This document shows, in pieces, positions 1 through 9,718 of a DNA stretch of 64,000 nt. The stretch's first letter is position 1; each line of letters starts with the position of its first letter. Made by a program: the position numbers and the translations under genes. The notes under the pieces are model-generated. The model was not told the origin of the DNA. It saw only the letters and a program-made list of their open reading frames with translations, and did no database searches. This DNA is from Candidatus Poribacteria bacterium (lineage in GTDB: Bacteria; Poribacteria; WGA-4E; WGA-3G). Location: assembly GCA_965205015.1 (NCBI GenBank), contig OZ242029.1, positions 608,001 to 672,000 of the forward strand. The letters are read 5' to 3'.

Positions 1-361
1 TGCCGTCCCGATGCCATCGCACAGAAGAACCGTGTTTCGGGAGTTTAAAGACCAAAGATTCATAGCACGGGATAAAATCGGGTCCGATGATCCGATGCAG
101 CAGATCCCCTATGAACGGGTGTCCCAAGAGTCGCAGGGAGAATTCGTTCGGGTGCGAGTGTAGATACGTCAGATAGTAAGGAATCCCTTCCGGTCCACGA
201 TTACACCACGGATCCGCCGGACCGCCCGCCAAAATCTCATCAATCAGTCGTTGACTTTCACGTTGTATAACGGCAAGTTCATCGGATTGGATGACACCTT
301 TCAGAATGAGATAGCCGTTATCGTTGAAGAATTGAATTTCGTTATCCGTAATTTTCCTCAT
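1..361 (-). CDS. Phytanoyl-CoA dioxygenase (PhyH) family protein, 3' end outside window
   Basis: Manual translation from ATG at 361: MRKITDNEIQFFNDNGYLILKGVI...LVFKLPKHGSSVRWHRDG. Has the PhyH N-terminal F..NGYL signature and the WHxD iron motif. Confidence 0.85.
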   Translation of the reverse strand, partial: MRKITDNEIQFFNDNGYLILKGVIQSDELAVIQRESQRLIDEILAGGPADPWCNRGPEGIPYYLTYLHSHPNEFSLRLLGHPFIGDLLHRIIGPDFIPCYESLVFKLPKHGSSVRWHRDG

Positions 362-495
362 TTTTAATTTTTCCTTGCGGATAAGTATCGGTTGCTTGAA
401 CTTTTACGTTTTTCGTGTTCGAGTTGAAGAAATCCACAGAAATACCCTATCAAAAACCCCCAGCAAAAACCCTGCGCCGTTGTTGCAGGCTTGGG
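362..495 (-). repeat. Dispersed intergenic element ending CCGCAAGG-AAAAATTAAAAA directly before a start codon
   Basis: Minus strand AGCCTGCAACAA...GGGTTTTTGCTGGGG...CCGCAAGGAAAAATTAAAAAATG. Related copies at 47088-47163, 54367-54454, 58146-58235, and partly 35776-35805. Confidence 0.65.
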
Positions 496-529
496 TAACG
501 TAGTGAAGTGCAGCCCCAGAGGCGATAAA

Positions 530-1372
530 TTAAAAATCACCAATCGCGGCGTGCCACGCCGAAACGAATTCTTGGACAGATTGATATCTGAACTGTTTAT
601 CTGGATGTGTCGCCTTTTTTGCGACGTGCCATGTGGCACTGTTCCCTTTCCAGTCGTCTTGTGAATCGCTGTTGTTGGCGAGCAATACGAACGCTGTCCT
701 CGCTAACATAAAGACGTTTGTCCTTTCGTCAATACGTGCACCTTTCTGAAATTCCTCCGGTGCCATGAATCGAGTTGAGCCGTACAACCGTCCTCGGTCG
801 TTTACAAACGGTGCTGGATGATAATGGTCGAAATCGTAGAGATGTATCCGCTTTTTTTCAAAGTCATAGATAATACAACCGTCGTAAAAGTCTTCAGCGA
901 TAAACCCCTGTTTTTCAATAAGGATATGGACTTCATAGATGACGTTGAGTGCATCAATTATCTCAGCGGCTGGCAACGCACAAAACCTGTCACGCGGGTG
1001 TATTTCATCGGGACCCAGTTCCCTTTCCGGACGCAGCCCCTCACCATCGACCCAGTCGTAGACCAGTGTAAAGCCGTCGGGTGTAGCGAAAGCGTTGTGC
1101 AATCGAGGGAGTGCCTCGTGCTGGACGGCGGCGTGGAAACGAACAGCCTGCTTGAGCCACGTGATGGTTTGTGGTGTGTTGCCGTGTTTGACGAACCAAC
1201 GTCGGTTGTCCACTACCGCTCGGAAGGATTGACATCTCGAATCGTGCTCAGGAAACCGATACGTGACTTCACCGATCTGCTTCAGGTATGCTTCGATATG
1301 TGTGTCTATCTCCGAAATCTCCAGAAGTGGATGTCGGGTAGGCATTTCGTTTGTCCTCATCCGGCGCGGCAC
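530..1372 (-). CDS. Ser/Thr protein kinase-like (PKL fold) protein
   Basis: WFVK lysine, IAEDFYDGCII catalytic-loop variant, LYDFD, GSTRFMAPEEF, DERTNVF. Real start may be a downstream Met. Confidence 0.8.
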   Translation of the reverse strand: MPRRMRTNEMPTRHPLLEISEIDTHIEAYLKQIGEVTYRFPEHDSRCQSFRAVVDNRRWFVKHGNTPQTITWLKQAVRFHAAVQHEALPRLHNAFATPDGFTLVYDWVDGEGLRPERELGPDEIHPRDRFCALPAAEIIDALNVIYEVHILIEKQGFIAEDFYDGCIIYDFEKKRIHLYDFDHYHPAPFVNDRGRLYGSTRFMAPEEFQKGARIDERTNVFMLARTAFVLLANNSDSQDDWKGNSATWHVAKKATHPDKQFRYQSVQEFVSAWHAAIGDF

Positions 1373-1504
1373 AGCTGCTTTCTACCTGCCTTGCGTCGGT
1401 TTTGTGGGGTTGGGATAATAGTATACACCAAAATCGAAGAAAAGTCACGTTTTTTTCAACGCCACTCAAATGCGTTGTATCTCGTATGACTCTTCTTGAG
1501 CATG

Positions 1505-3493
1505 CTACAGATAGGAGGTCAGATCCCAGAGGTAGATCGCGCCATCATGTCCACCGCTTACGAGAAGGGTACCATCTTGCGAGAAGACGAAACACTGAAC
1601 ATCGGTCGTGTGTCCCCAGAAGGTAGCCATATTTTCACCAGTCGCGACTTCCCATAAACGGATAGGCACCCTTTGCAAACCCGGCTGCCACCAAGCACCG
1701 GAGGCTAAATATTGTCCACACGGCGAAAAGCATAACGTAATCGGTCTCTGACTTCCTTCAGGCTGCGGGAGCGTCATGAGGATTTTTCCATCCGTTGCGT
1801 CCCACAAAACAATCTCACCCCACTTGCCACCGGCAATTATGTTTCCACACGGTGAAAACGCGATGCCCGTGTCGTACTCGCGATAGGTCTCTTTTGTCGG
1901 TGGCGGCGTTAGAAGAAGCCGAGTAATCTGTTGTGCCGCATTAACATCCCACAAATAGGCGGTACAATCTCGTGATATACTTGCAAGCCGTTCCCCATCT
2001 GGGCTAAATGCCATCCCTACAACATGCTGCCTCGAAAATCCGGTCTGATTAGCAGGGACTGCATGCCCTACGAGCGTGGTATGTTTTTTCCAATTTTCGT
2101 TCTTATGCGTGTTATCTGATGAAGGTGTAGACTCCCAGACATGAATGTCGCTTTTTCTGTCAACACCCGCGAGGCGATAGCCGTTAGGTGCAAATGCTTC
2201 AGCACGCAACAGTCCCGCCTCCGGTTTAGCAAGTTTAGCGATCGGTTCACTATGTCCGACCTCCCATATTTTCAATGTGGTCTCGTCAACACTTGTAGAA
2301 ATAATTTTCCCGCTATCAGATAGATACACGTTATGGAAAGTCCCAGGCAATTTCTCGCCGTCGGGACGGTACGAACGCTTACTCGCGACACCCCATAAGA
2401 GGACGTTATCCCGCCAAAATCCAGCAGCAAGCGTCTTTTCGTCTGCCGAGATCACTAACGTATCCATCGTCGGGATATGTCCATGAAGGGTTGAAAGGGT
2501 ATGGGAGTCAGAGTTATCACCTTTCGTCCAGATTCGGATTTCACTGGGGCTTGCAACCGCTAATTGTTTCCCAGTCTCTGAGAAACGCGCCTTTCTGCTA
2601 TTTCCCCGATGCCCAAACTCATCAAGTTTTTCGTGCTGCTCTACGTTCCAAACCTCAACCTTTCGCTTAGAAACTCCAGCAGCAATCAGTTCCCCCTCTG
2701 GTGCGTAATATGGAAACATCTGGGCATCTCCAGAGTCGGTATAAGTTGCTGATAGTTGCCCGCTCTCCAGATCCCAAACACGGATCGTTCCATCTGAACT
2801 CCCCGCAGCAAGGTACCTTCCATCAGGTGAGAAGCAGAAGTTTTCCATCTTCTCGGGATATTCCGTGAAGCAATTGATTTGTTCTCCCGTTTCCACGTGC
2901 CATATTACAATGGATTCGGTGTCAGAATCTTGATCGTGTTTCCTACTTGCCAACAACCTCATATCGGAGGAAAATTGGAACCGGTAATGACGAACAACAT
3001 TATAAGTCTCACCGATTTGGGTTTCACTGAGTTGCGTCCCGGTGTGCGCACACCAAATGTAAATTTTCCCATTCCTCTGATAACTAACCGCAGCAATGCG
3101 CTGTCCGTCTTGGGAGAAGACAGGTTTAGAAATATCATGTCTGCTGGAATTACCTATCTCGGCTACGCAAATACCGCGTTCAATATCCCATACCTTTACA
3201 GTTTCAACAAAAGTGTGCGTGACAATCCGCTGACTATCGGGTGAAAAGGTCACACTGCTGGTCATCCCACGTTCGGTATCCCATAGTGCAATCGGGGATA
3301 GCGTCGGAAGTTCATATAACCAGAGTCCAATTGATGTGCCGACCGCGAAGTACTGCCCGTCCGGTGAGAATGCCGTATCACAAACGTCGCCCTGTCCCAA
3401 CCGAGCAATTGCGCCTTCGGGGAGTGCCCAAGTCGTCACGTCCGCTCCGTTTGTGTTAACTCCCTTAGCGTCTAAAGGCTTTTTATTTTTCAT
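1505..3493 (-). CDS. WD40-repeat beta-propeller protein
   Basis: Many FSPDG..LA.GS.DG.I..WD repeats; N-terminal TWALPEGAIARLGQG motif. Confidence 0.92.
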   Translation of the reverse strand: MKNKKPLDAKGVNTNGADVTTWALPEGAIARLGQGDVCDTAFSPDGQYFAVGTSIGLWLYELPTLSPIALWDTERGMTSSVTFSPDSQRIVTHTFVETVKVWDIERGICVAEIGNSSRHDISKPVFSQDGQRIAAVSYQRNGKIYIWCAHTGTQLSETQIGETYNVVRHYRFQFSSDMRLLASRKHDQDSDTESIVIWHVETGEQINCFTEYPEKMENFCFSPDGRYLAAGSSDGTIRVWDLESGQLSATYTDSGDAQMFPYYAPEGELIAAGVSKRKVEVWNVEQHEKLDEFGHRGNSRKARFSETGKQLAVASPSEIRIWTKGDNSDSHTLSTLHGHIPTMDTLVISADEKTLAAGFWRDNVLLWGVASKRSYRPDGEKLPGTFHNVYLSDSGKIISTSVDETTLKIWEVGHSEPIAKLAKPEAGLLRAEAFAPNGYRLAGVDRKSDIHVWESTPSSDNTHKNENWKKHTTLVGHAVPANQTGFSRQHVVGMAFSPDGERLASISRDCTAYLWDVNAAQQITRLLLTPPPTKETYREYDTGIAFSPCGNIIAGGKWGEIVLWDATDGKILMTLPQPEGSQRPITLCFSPCGQYLASGAWWQPGLQRVPIRLWEVATGENMATFWGHTTDVQCFVFSQDGTLLVSGGHDGAIYLWDLTSYL

Positions 3494-3713
3494 CAGAATC
3501 CCTGCGGAATGCTCGCAATTTGTAAATCGGGAGCAAGTTTGTTATTCATAAAAACTGACAACTGACAACTGATAACGTCTAACAATTATCTGCTTGCAAG
3601 CTTTGCGGAAATAGTATATCATATACGTGTCAAAATTTAATCCCTTTTTGCCGCTTAGAAAACGAAAAAATTATGTAACACAGCGTGCTACAAAAGAAAC
3701 AGGAAACCTCTTT

Positions 3714-4208
3714 ATGCGACATAACCTCTTCGTCCCGAACAAAATGCCTTATGCCAAAGGAAAAAACCGTCCAGATGTACCGTGTATCCTGTGCGCAATT
3801 GTCGAGAAAAACGATAAAGTCCAACGCCTTGAGGTCCATCGAACCGAATGCTTTACCATCTCGCTTAATCTCTACCCTTACAGTCCAGGACACCTCCTAA
3901 TTTTTCCGAATCGGCATGTGCTTGACGTACGGGAGTTGAATCAGGAAGAGGTTCAAGAACTCCACGAACTTCAATGCCTCTGTTTCGAGGCATTGACATG
4001 CGCTTATCAGCCCCGCGGCTTCAACGTCGGGTATAACATGGGGGATGCCTCCGGCGCGAGCATTCCGCATTTTCATCTGCACGTTGTCCCTCGATACCCG
4101 CGTGAATTGGGATTCATGGACGTCATCGGCGGGGCGCGTATCATCATCGAAGATCCAAACGCTACGCAGGAGAAACTTGTACAGATATTCCAGAAACTGA
4201 CAGTATAG
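3714..4208 (+). CDS. HIT family nucleotide hydrolase (Ap4A phosphorylase-like)
   Basis: CILC, NLYPYSPGHLLIFP, GFNVGYN.G..SGASIPHFHLHVVPR (HIT motif). ATG 3714 follows AGGA. Confidence 0.9.
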   Translation: MRHNLFVPNKMPYAKGKNRPDVPCILCAIVEKNDKVQRLEVHRTECFTISLNLYPYSPGHLLIFPNRHVLDVRELNQEEVQELHELQCLCFEALTCAYQPRGFNVGYNMGDASGASIPHFHLHVVPRYPRELGFMDVIGGARIIIEDPNATQEKLVQIFQKLTV

Positions 4209-4391
4209 TTCTTAGTTGTCCGAAAGTTTTAAAGTCGGTAAAGTGTTCTAAAGTGCCTAAAGTTGTAAGAGGCGCTTTGACCTTCCAAACGGAAACCCTT
4301 GCAACTTCCCAACTTTAGTACACTTGCAAACTTCCCTACTACTGATGGAAACCTCTTAACTGAAAACCGATAACTGAAAACTGACAACTAT
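4205..4391. repeat. Composite inverted short-tandem-repeat element (AAAGT-based arms nested with heptamer arms)
   Basis: ATAGTT...AACTAT termini; left TAAAGT repeats versus right ACTT repeats; AAGAGG/CCTCTT core; ACTGAAA/ACCGATA heptamers. Confidence 0.6.
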
Positions 4392-4410
4392 TCAAGAAAG
4401 GAAACATAGA

Positions 4411-5625
4411 ATGAGCACTCCCGCTTATGATCTCTTAGCTGAAACGTTAGAAAAACAGGGAATTCAGGTCGAGGCTATCAAAGCCCATCTCAAGGAACAA
4501 CACATCGAAACGCCGTCATGGGGTTACGGTAATTCCGGCACTCGGTTCGGTGTCTTTGAACAACCCGGCGCAGCCCGAAATGCCGCCGAACGTCTGGAAG
4601 ACGCCGCCACCGTCCATCGTTTCACCGGTATCGCTCCCACCGTCGCACTCCACATCCCCTGGGACAAGACGGACGATTGGGGTGCCTTGAAACAGTACGC
4701 CGCGGATGTCGGTATCGGCATCGGTGCCATCAATCCGAACGTCTTCCAGGATCAGGCGTATAAACTCGGAAGCGTCTGCAACCCAGATGCCGCTATCCGT
4801 CGACTCGCCATCGATCACATGCTCGAGTGTGTCGATATCATGGAGAAAACCGGCTCCGATCTGCTGAGTTTGTGGTTCGCAGACGGGACGAACTTTCCCG
4901 GACAGTCGAACTTCAGGAAACGCAAAAAGTGGATGGAGGCGGCGTTAGCCGAGGTCCACGATGCACTGCCAGATGCCACCCGTATGCTCATCGAGTACAA
5001 GTTCTTTGAACCCGCATTCTATCATACCGATTTAGCGGATTGGGGCACCGCCTACCTCTTGGCAACGAAACTCGGTGAGAAAGCGCAAGTCCTCATCGAC
5101 TTGGGACACCACCCCCAAGGCACGAATATTGAGTTCATCGTCGCCTACCTGATTGATGAAGGCAAACTCGGTGGGTTCCATTTCAACTGTCGGAAATACG
5201 CAGACGACGATCTGACGGTAGGTTCTATCAACCCACAGGAACTCTTCCTGATTTATACTGAACTGGTCGCCGCTGAACTCGACCCCGACACGGAAACCGA
5301 CATCGCTTACATGATCGATCAGAGCCATAACCTGAAACCGAAGGTGGAAGCGAGTATCCAGTCCGTGTGCAATCTGCAGAAGGCATACGCAAAAGCACTG
5401 CTCGTTGACCGAGATGCGCTCGCCGCCGCGCAGGATGCCGCCGACCTGGTTGAAGCAGAATCCATCCTCCAACGCGCCTACGAGACGGATGTAAATCCAC
5501 TGGTGGAGCAGGTTCGCTTGGAGATGGGCCGCGATCCTCATCCGCTGACAGCGTATCGGAAGAGTGGCTACTATGAAAAGATTAGTGCTGCGCGTGTCGG
5601 TGGTGAAAGCCAAGGCTGGGCATAA
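4411..5625 (+). CDS. rhaI: L-rhamnose isomerase (RhaI type)
   Basis: [60 protein letters not shown]. Confidence 0.92.
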   Translation: MSTPAYDLLAETLEKQGIQVEAIKAHLKEQHIETPSWGYGNSGTRFGVFEQPGAARNAAERLEDAATVHRFTGIAPTVALHIPWDKTDDWGALKQYAADVGIGIGAINPNVFQDQAYKLGSVCNPDAAIRRLAIDHMLECVDIMEKTGSDLLSLWFADGTNFPGQSNFRKRKKWMEAALAEVHDALPDATRMLIEYKFFEPAFYHTDLADWGTAYLLATKLGEKAQVLIDLGHHPQGTNIEFIVAYLIDEGKLGGFHFNCRKYADDDLTVGSINPQELFLIYTELVAAELDPDTETDIAYMIDQSHNLKPKVEASIQSVCNLQKAYAKALLVDRDALAAAQDAADLVEAESILQRAYETDVNPLVEQVRLEMGRDPHPLTAYRKSGYYEKISAARVGGESQGWA

Positions 5626-5652
5626 GCAGGGTTAGGAACAGTCTCAAACTCG

Positions 5653-5677
5653 GTAGGCGCGGTTTCTAATCGCGCCT
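5653..5677 (+). repeat. GTAG-type REP palindrome
   Basis: GTAGGCGCGGTT-TCT-AATCGCGCCT hairpin just after the rhaI stop. Confidence 0.65.
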
Positions 5678-5702
5678 TTCTTATGGAAGATCATCGAAAA
5701 AT

Positions 5703-6647
5703 ATGACCAAGATTAAAATCGGAATTATCGGTTCGGGTGGGATGGCACGGAATCACCTCACACGATTTGCTTCAATTCCAGATGCCGAAATCGTGGCGAT
5801 CGCCTCCAGAAACGAACAGACAGGCACCCAACTCGCCAAAGCACATAAGACAGTCTTTATACCCGAATGGGAGCGTCTGGTTGAACGTGAAGACATAGCG
5901 GGGGTCGTCATCTGCACCCACAACGACAGCCACGGTGAGATGATACTCGCGGCGTTGCGATCAGATAAACACGTTTTCGTGGAGTATCCGCTCGCCAGTG
6001 ATGTTGGTCAAGGAGAAGCGGCACTGCAGCTCGCAGAAAAACGGGGTCGTGTGCTTCGGGTATCGCATCCTGAGGCAGTCTCCAACACGCACAAAGCCCT
6101 CAAGCAAAAAATAGGCGAACTCGGCGATCTGCTGCTCACCTCTTTCGTGCGTCTCACACCGGGGCGCGGTGCGCGTCCTGAGATACTTTTCAATCTGCCG
6201 GTGTCAGGAACCCCCGCCCATTTTTTCATCTATCATATCTATCCGATTGTGGACTTCTTCGGGGGTGCTGCGTCCGTCAAAAGAAACGCCGTCTATGAAG
6301 GATTAAGGGAGAATGGACAATACGACGGGTTTGTCAACACACTCACCGTTGAATTCAAACGCGGCGGTATCGGACAGTGGACCTGGGCAGGTGGTATCGC
6401 CATCAACGCCGCCGAGGAACATGAACGATACGTCCTCACCGAAGGCACGATCAGTGATGCGGGTGGCGAGTGGCACTGCACAACACCTTCTGGCGTGACA
6501 CCGATTCTTATACCGGATTCACCGCAACAGACGCTCCAGGCGTTATGGTTCTCCGAGATCCGAGGGGCTGCTGATCAGCCTCCGAATTTGGAAGAGGCAA
6601 CGATTGCATTAGAGGCAATCCGCATCAGTCTTGGGTTTGAAGAATAA
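5703..6647 (+). CDS. Gfo/Idh/MocA family oxidoreductase
   Basis: IGIIGSGGMA Rossmann motif; ICTHNDSH; KHVFVEYPLA (EKP variant). Confidence 0.88.
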   Translation: MTKIKIGIIGSGGMARNHLTRFASIPDAEIVAIASRNEQTGTQLAKAHKTVFIPEWERLVEREDIAGVVICTHNDSHGEMILAALRSDKHVFVEYPLASDVGQGEAALQLAEKRGRVLRVSHPEAVSNTHKALKQKIGELGDLLLTSFVRLTPGRGARPEILFNLPVSGTPAHFFIYHIYPIVDFFGGAASVKRNAVYEGLRENGQYDGFVNTLTVEFKRGGIGQWTWAGGIAINAAEEHERYVLTEGTISDAGGEWHCTTPSGVTPILIPDSPQQTLQALWFSEIRGAADQPPNLEEATIALEAIRISLGFEE

Positions 6648-6978
6648 GTGTAGGATGGTGGGGATTTTCTGCCGCCAGAGGTTCAATTGAAAGTCTGCAT
6701 CCAAATGCGTTAAGAATGGTTCTAAGCGTATCAATCGTTAAAGCCTTATCGCTTGATAGTTCTTCTGAGAGCGTCTCCGGTTCAGCGTTAATTCTTTTGG
6801 CAAGTGCTGATATGCCCCCCTCCGTCTCAGCAACGGTTCGGAGTGCCAATAGGACAACTCGCGGGTCTCCAAAAGTTTGGTATTCCTCCATAATTGCTTG
6901 GAGATAATCCTTCACTCCTCCCGAATCGGAAGTGAGGCGTTGAATCATATATTCTCGCCATGTTCCCGAATCTCTCAT
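6625..6978 (-). CDS. Addiction-module antidote (HigA/HI1420-like HTH), no adjacent toxin
   Basis: YL..IMEE...GDPRVVLLALRTVAETEGGISALAKR...LS......TIDTLRTIL.AFGCRLSI. Confidence 0.75.
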   Translation of the reverse strand: MRDSGTWREYMIQRLTSDSGGVKDYLQAIMEEYQTFGDPRVVLLALRTVAETEGGISALAKRINAEPETLSEELSSDKALTIDTLRTILNAFGCRLSIEPLAAENPHHPTLILQTQD

Positions 6979-6990
6979 CGTTGTGTCTCC

Positions 6991-7797
6991 TTATACCAGT
7001 GTCCGTTGGAACCAGGCAACCGATCTGGCAATCACCGCTTGCTCCCATGCAACCGTATTGAAAGTATGATCGGCTTTATCAACGATCTCAAGTTCCGTCA
7101 AAGCATCGCGCCCGCGCATCAATTCGTAGTAACGTCTGCCGTGGGAGGCGGGCACGACATCATCACCACTACCATGAATCACGAGGAGCGCCCCCGTAAA
7201 CTGCTGAATCAAGATAGAAGGAGATAGGTGAGGGAGTTCTTCATAAAACGCCTTCCCGACGATGTTTGGGTTTAACTGCGCGATTTCCTCCGGGGTCGGC
7301 GTGTTCTTGGCTCTCTCCAAAATTTCGTTTTTCCGGTCTGGCGGATCGTCCGAGAGCGGTGCCCACATCACCGTCGATTTCACACGTGTATCTTGCCCAG
7401 AGACACACGCCGCGACACAGCCCCCCATGCTCAATCCCAAAATGCCGATGCGTTCAGGGTCTACCCCTTGCATAGCGGTAAGCACATCAATTGACTTGAC
7501 GGCATCCGAAATCTCGCCACCGATCGTCATTTCCGAGAAGTCGCCGGCACTGTCCCCGGAACCCCGAAAATCGAAGCGGAGCACATAGAACCCGATAGCG
7601 GCAAGTTCTCGGGCAGTTTTGACGAATATTCTGTGCGGTTCAACCTTCGTTCCCGTGAATCCGTGAAAAAAGGCAACTGCTGGACCCGGTGTTTCGTAAC
7701 CTGTTGGTGAATGCAGTATCCCGTTTATCTGCTGTCCTTGATTGTAAAATACGATCGGTCTTTCCATCATATCCTTCTTTTCCTTAGTGAGGTTCAC
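6991..7797 (-). CDS. Alpha/beta hydrolase
   Basis: HGFTG, RFDFRGSGDS, GLSMGG nucleophile elbow, HGSGDDVV, ADHTF. Confidence 0.9.
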   Translation of the reverse strand: MNLTKEKKDMMERPIVFYNQGQQINGILHSPTGYETPGPAVAFFHGFTGTKVEPHRIFVKTARELAAIGFYVLRFDFRGSGDSAGDFSEMTIGGEISDAVKSIDVLTAMQGVDPERIGILGLSMGGCVAACVSGQDTRVKSTVMWAPLSDDPPDRKNEILERAKNTPTPEEIAQLNPNIVGKAFYEELPHLSPSILIQQFTGALLVIHGSGDDVVPASHGRRYYELMRGRDALTELEIVDKADHTFNTVAWEQAVIARSVAWFQRTLV

Positions 7798-8055
7798 TCT
7801 CCATTTGACGCCAAAGCCCTCTGGAAATCCTCTGGACTTTCTGCTAAGATTGCAGCGCGATGCAGCTGCTTAAGGCGTTGGGGATCCTCAATTGTTTCTA
7901 ATACCGGTCTGAAAGTACGCGCCACATCCGGCTGTAATCGAAGCTCCAATGCTTCAAGGATATCCTCACGCGCGCGTTCTTTCATACCTTGTTCAAGTCC
8001 CTGTTCAAGTCCCTGTTGGTGTGCTTCCGCTGTTGCTTTCTCCGTCCAGTATTCG

Positions 8056-8220
8056 GTGATAGCACCCACAACCTAAAGGTTGGGGCTTCGGTTTCATAGC
8101 AACTGCGGTTTTCTCTAAGAGTCCACCGTCTAACTGTCGCTCCACCTGCGGGCATTTCCCTGATACTCTGAAATAGGTGAGCATCAGGCACATCGTCAAG
8201 TGACGGCTATCCCTGCCCGC
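8056..8220 (-). ncRNA. Predicted TnpB omega/reRNA scaffold
   Basis: Spans the tnpB 3' end to the right end, as for known omegaRNAs. Stems GCGGGCA/TGCCCGC, CGTCA/TGACG, CCTGATGCTC/GAGTATCAGG, plus the RE hairpin. Confidence 0.6.
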
Positions 8221-9308
8221 AATATGTTTATCGCAGCGTTGATGTCCCTATCGTGGTGTGAACCACAGTCAGGACACGTCCACTGCCTATCAGAGAGTGA
8301 AAGATTTTCGTTTTTGTAGCCACAATCGGAACACGGTTTGGTTGTCGCAGTCCATTGACCGACCTGTTTCAAAAGACGCTTATGTTTGCTACACTTATAC
8401 TTCAATATCTCAACAAACTGGTAGAAAGCAAGGTCGGAGACTTTGCGTCCCCAAAGCCGTTTCATGCCATCAAGGTTCAAGGTCTCAATGGCAATAGTAT
8501 CAAAACGCTTACAAAGTTCAGAGGCAAGCTGCCAATGAAAGTCTTTGCGTTGATTAGAAACTTTACGGTGAAGTCGTGCCAATGCTCTGACACACCGCCA
8601 CCAGCCGTTAGAACCTTTCTGTTTACGGCTCAAGTCTTTGTTGAGTGCGCGAAGTTTCTTCAAGGAGTGTTTCAAAGGTTGGCGGTGTTGCTTCTTCTCA
8701 CCCGTGCTCAGGGTCAAGTAAGCGTCTTTCATGCCGAAGTCTGCCCCAACGCTTTCACCTGTTGTCGGCAGACGTTTCATATCCGTGTCGTCTGTAGTTA
8801 TGCAAAGCCAATAGTCACCGCAGGCATCACGCTTTATCGTGATATGCCGAATACAACCGTGCCACTGCCGGTGTTTGTGAAAAGTATAAGGCACGCGGTC
8901 AAAACGCCATTTACCTTTTTCCCATTTCCGGAAGGATATTGTAACTCGGTTGTCTTTGAGTTTCCAACCGGCGGGTCCCGGAAAGGTAATAGACTTAAAC
9001 TTGTTCCTACGTTTGATTTTCGGTCTACCGCCTATTTTGTCGAAGAACCGCTCATATGCATTATCAATACGCATCAACTCTTGTTGAACCGCTTGGCTCG
9101 GCAGGGACCTCCAATGCGGGTGCGTCGTCCGCTTGAGTTCTCTAAAGTGGTGATCCATAGCGTTATAGTTCGCATATGGCAGCCCGTCTTTATATCGCTG
9201 ACGGTGCCACTTATGGAAGTATTCATGCACTTGCCACATATCATCAAGCAGATTGCCGATGCGAATACAATTCGATTGGTGACCGAACGGATATTTATAG
9301 GTTTTCAT
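8196..9308 (-). CDS. tnpB: RNA-guided endonuclease TnpB
   Basis: RuvC D (GADFG), E (AIETL), D (DRDINAAINI); Zn finger CSDC/CPDC. Confidence 0.95.
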   Translation of the reverse strand: MKTYKYPFGHQSNCIRIGNLLDDMWQVHEYFHKWHRQRYKDGLPYANYNAMDHHFRELKRTTHPHWRSLPSQAVQQELMRIDNAYERFFDKIGGRPKIKRRNKFKSITFPGPAGWKLKDNRVTISFRKWEKGKWRFDRVPYTFHKHRQWHGCIRHITIKRDACGDYWLCITTDDTDMKRLPTTGESVGADFGMKDAYLTLSTGEKKQHRQPLKHSLKKLRALNKDLSRKQKGSNGWWRCVRALARLHRKVSNQRKDFHWQLASELCKRFDTIAIETLNLDGMKRLWGRKVSDLAFYQFVEILKYKCSKHKRLLKQVGQWTATTKPCSDCGYKNENLSLSDRQWTCPDCGSHHDRDINAAINILRAGIAVT

Positions 9309-9401
9309 GGTCTATCAAGTATCAAGTCTTTAACCCCTTGTTAGTGGGTAGGCAGGTACATTACCAAGCGGTAATGCTAACAATACCTGCCAACTTGATA
9401 T
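9305..9401 (-). promoter_or_regulatory. Structured 5' leader RNA plus 6-aa uORF coupled to tnpB (copy A)
   Basis: ATATCAAGTTGGCAGGTA TTGTTAG CATTAC..GTAATG TACCTGCC TACCC ACTAACAA GGGGT...TTG ATA CTT GAT AGA CCA TGA; the stop overlaps the tnpB ATG (ATGA). Covaries with copies B and C. Confidence 0.75.
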
Positions 9402-9406
9402 TACTA

Positions 9407-9435
9407 ATTATACCACAATTTTAGGTGAAAGTCAA
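9407..9435 (-). promoter_or_regulatory. Sigma70-type promoter of tnpB
   Basis: TTGACT-17 nt-TATAAT with extended TG. Confidence 0.8.
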
Positions 9436-9541
9436 ATTAAAATGAGGCTATCAACCCTTATGCCGTCTACATCCCCTACCTAAAGGCAGGGGTCTTGACG
9501 GAAGATTGATAATATTAGATTGCTGCACGGTTTTCTCCAGT

Positions 9542-9584
9542 ATGCTGCGAATTACAGCGAAATGCTGCGAATTATAGCGAAATG
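9542..9584. repeat. 20-bp tandem duplication
   Basis: ATGCTGCGAATTACAGCGAA / ATGCTGCGAATTATAGCGAA. Confidence 0.8.
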
Positions 9585-9665
9585 TGTCATCTTTTCAGTT
9601 TTTTGTAGGTTTCCTTTAGCAATTCGGCTGTGCGTTTGTGAAATAGGCCTCAGGTTGTGTCCGAA

Positions 9666-9718
9666 TGTGACGTTTTAAACGTCACAATTACGGCAATTCG
9701 GACGTTTTAAACGTCACA
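9666..9718. promoter_or_regulatory. Pair of palindromic sites, 32 bp apart
   Basis: TGTGACGTTT-T-AAACGTCACA (9666-9686) and GACGTTTTAAACGTCACA (9701-9718). Confidence 0.5.

Larger units (their letters stand above)
8056..9508 (-). mobile_element. IS200/IS605-family (IS1341-type, TnpB-only) element
   Basis: Left-end hairpin CCCCTGCCTTTAGGTAGGGG; right-end GAAGCCCCAACCTTTAGGTTGTGGG...TCAC; inserted 3' of TTAT with no target duplication; no tnpA. Confidence 0.9.
7794..9529 (-). pseudogene. Small Rpn-C-terminus-like (RpnS-like) gene interrupted by the TnpB element
   Basis: Removing 8056-9508 joins GGAG-N6-GTG CAG CAA TCT AAT ATT AT|C GAA TAC TGG into MQQSNIIEYWTEKATAEAHQQGLEQGLEQG...IEDPQRLKQLHRAAILAESPEDF, resembling Rpn C-terminal domains. 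Confidence 0.75.

Noticed and set aside
8355-9344. 329-aa ORF antisense to tnpB, and similar long shadow ORFs (818-1489, 5032-5613, 33622-34182)
   Set aside because: They lie fully opposite well-supported genes and have no recognisable motifs.
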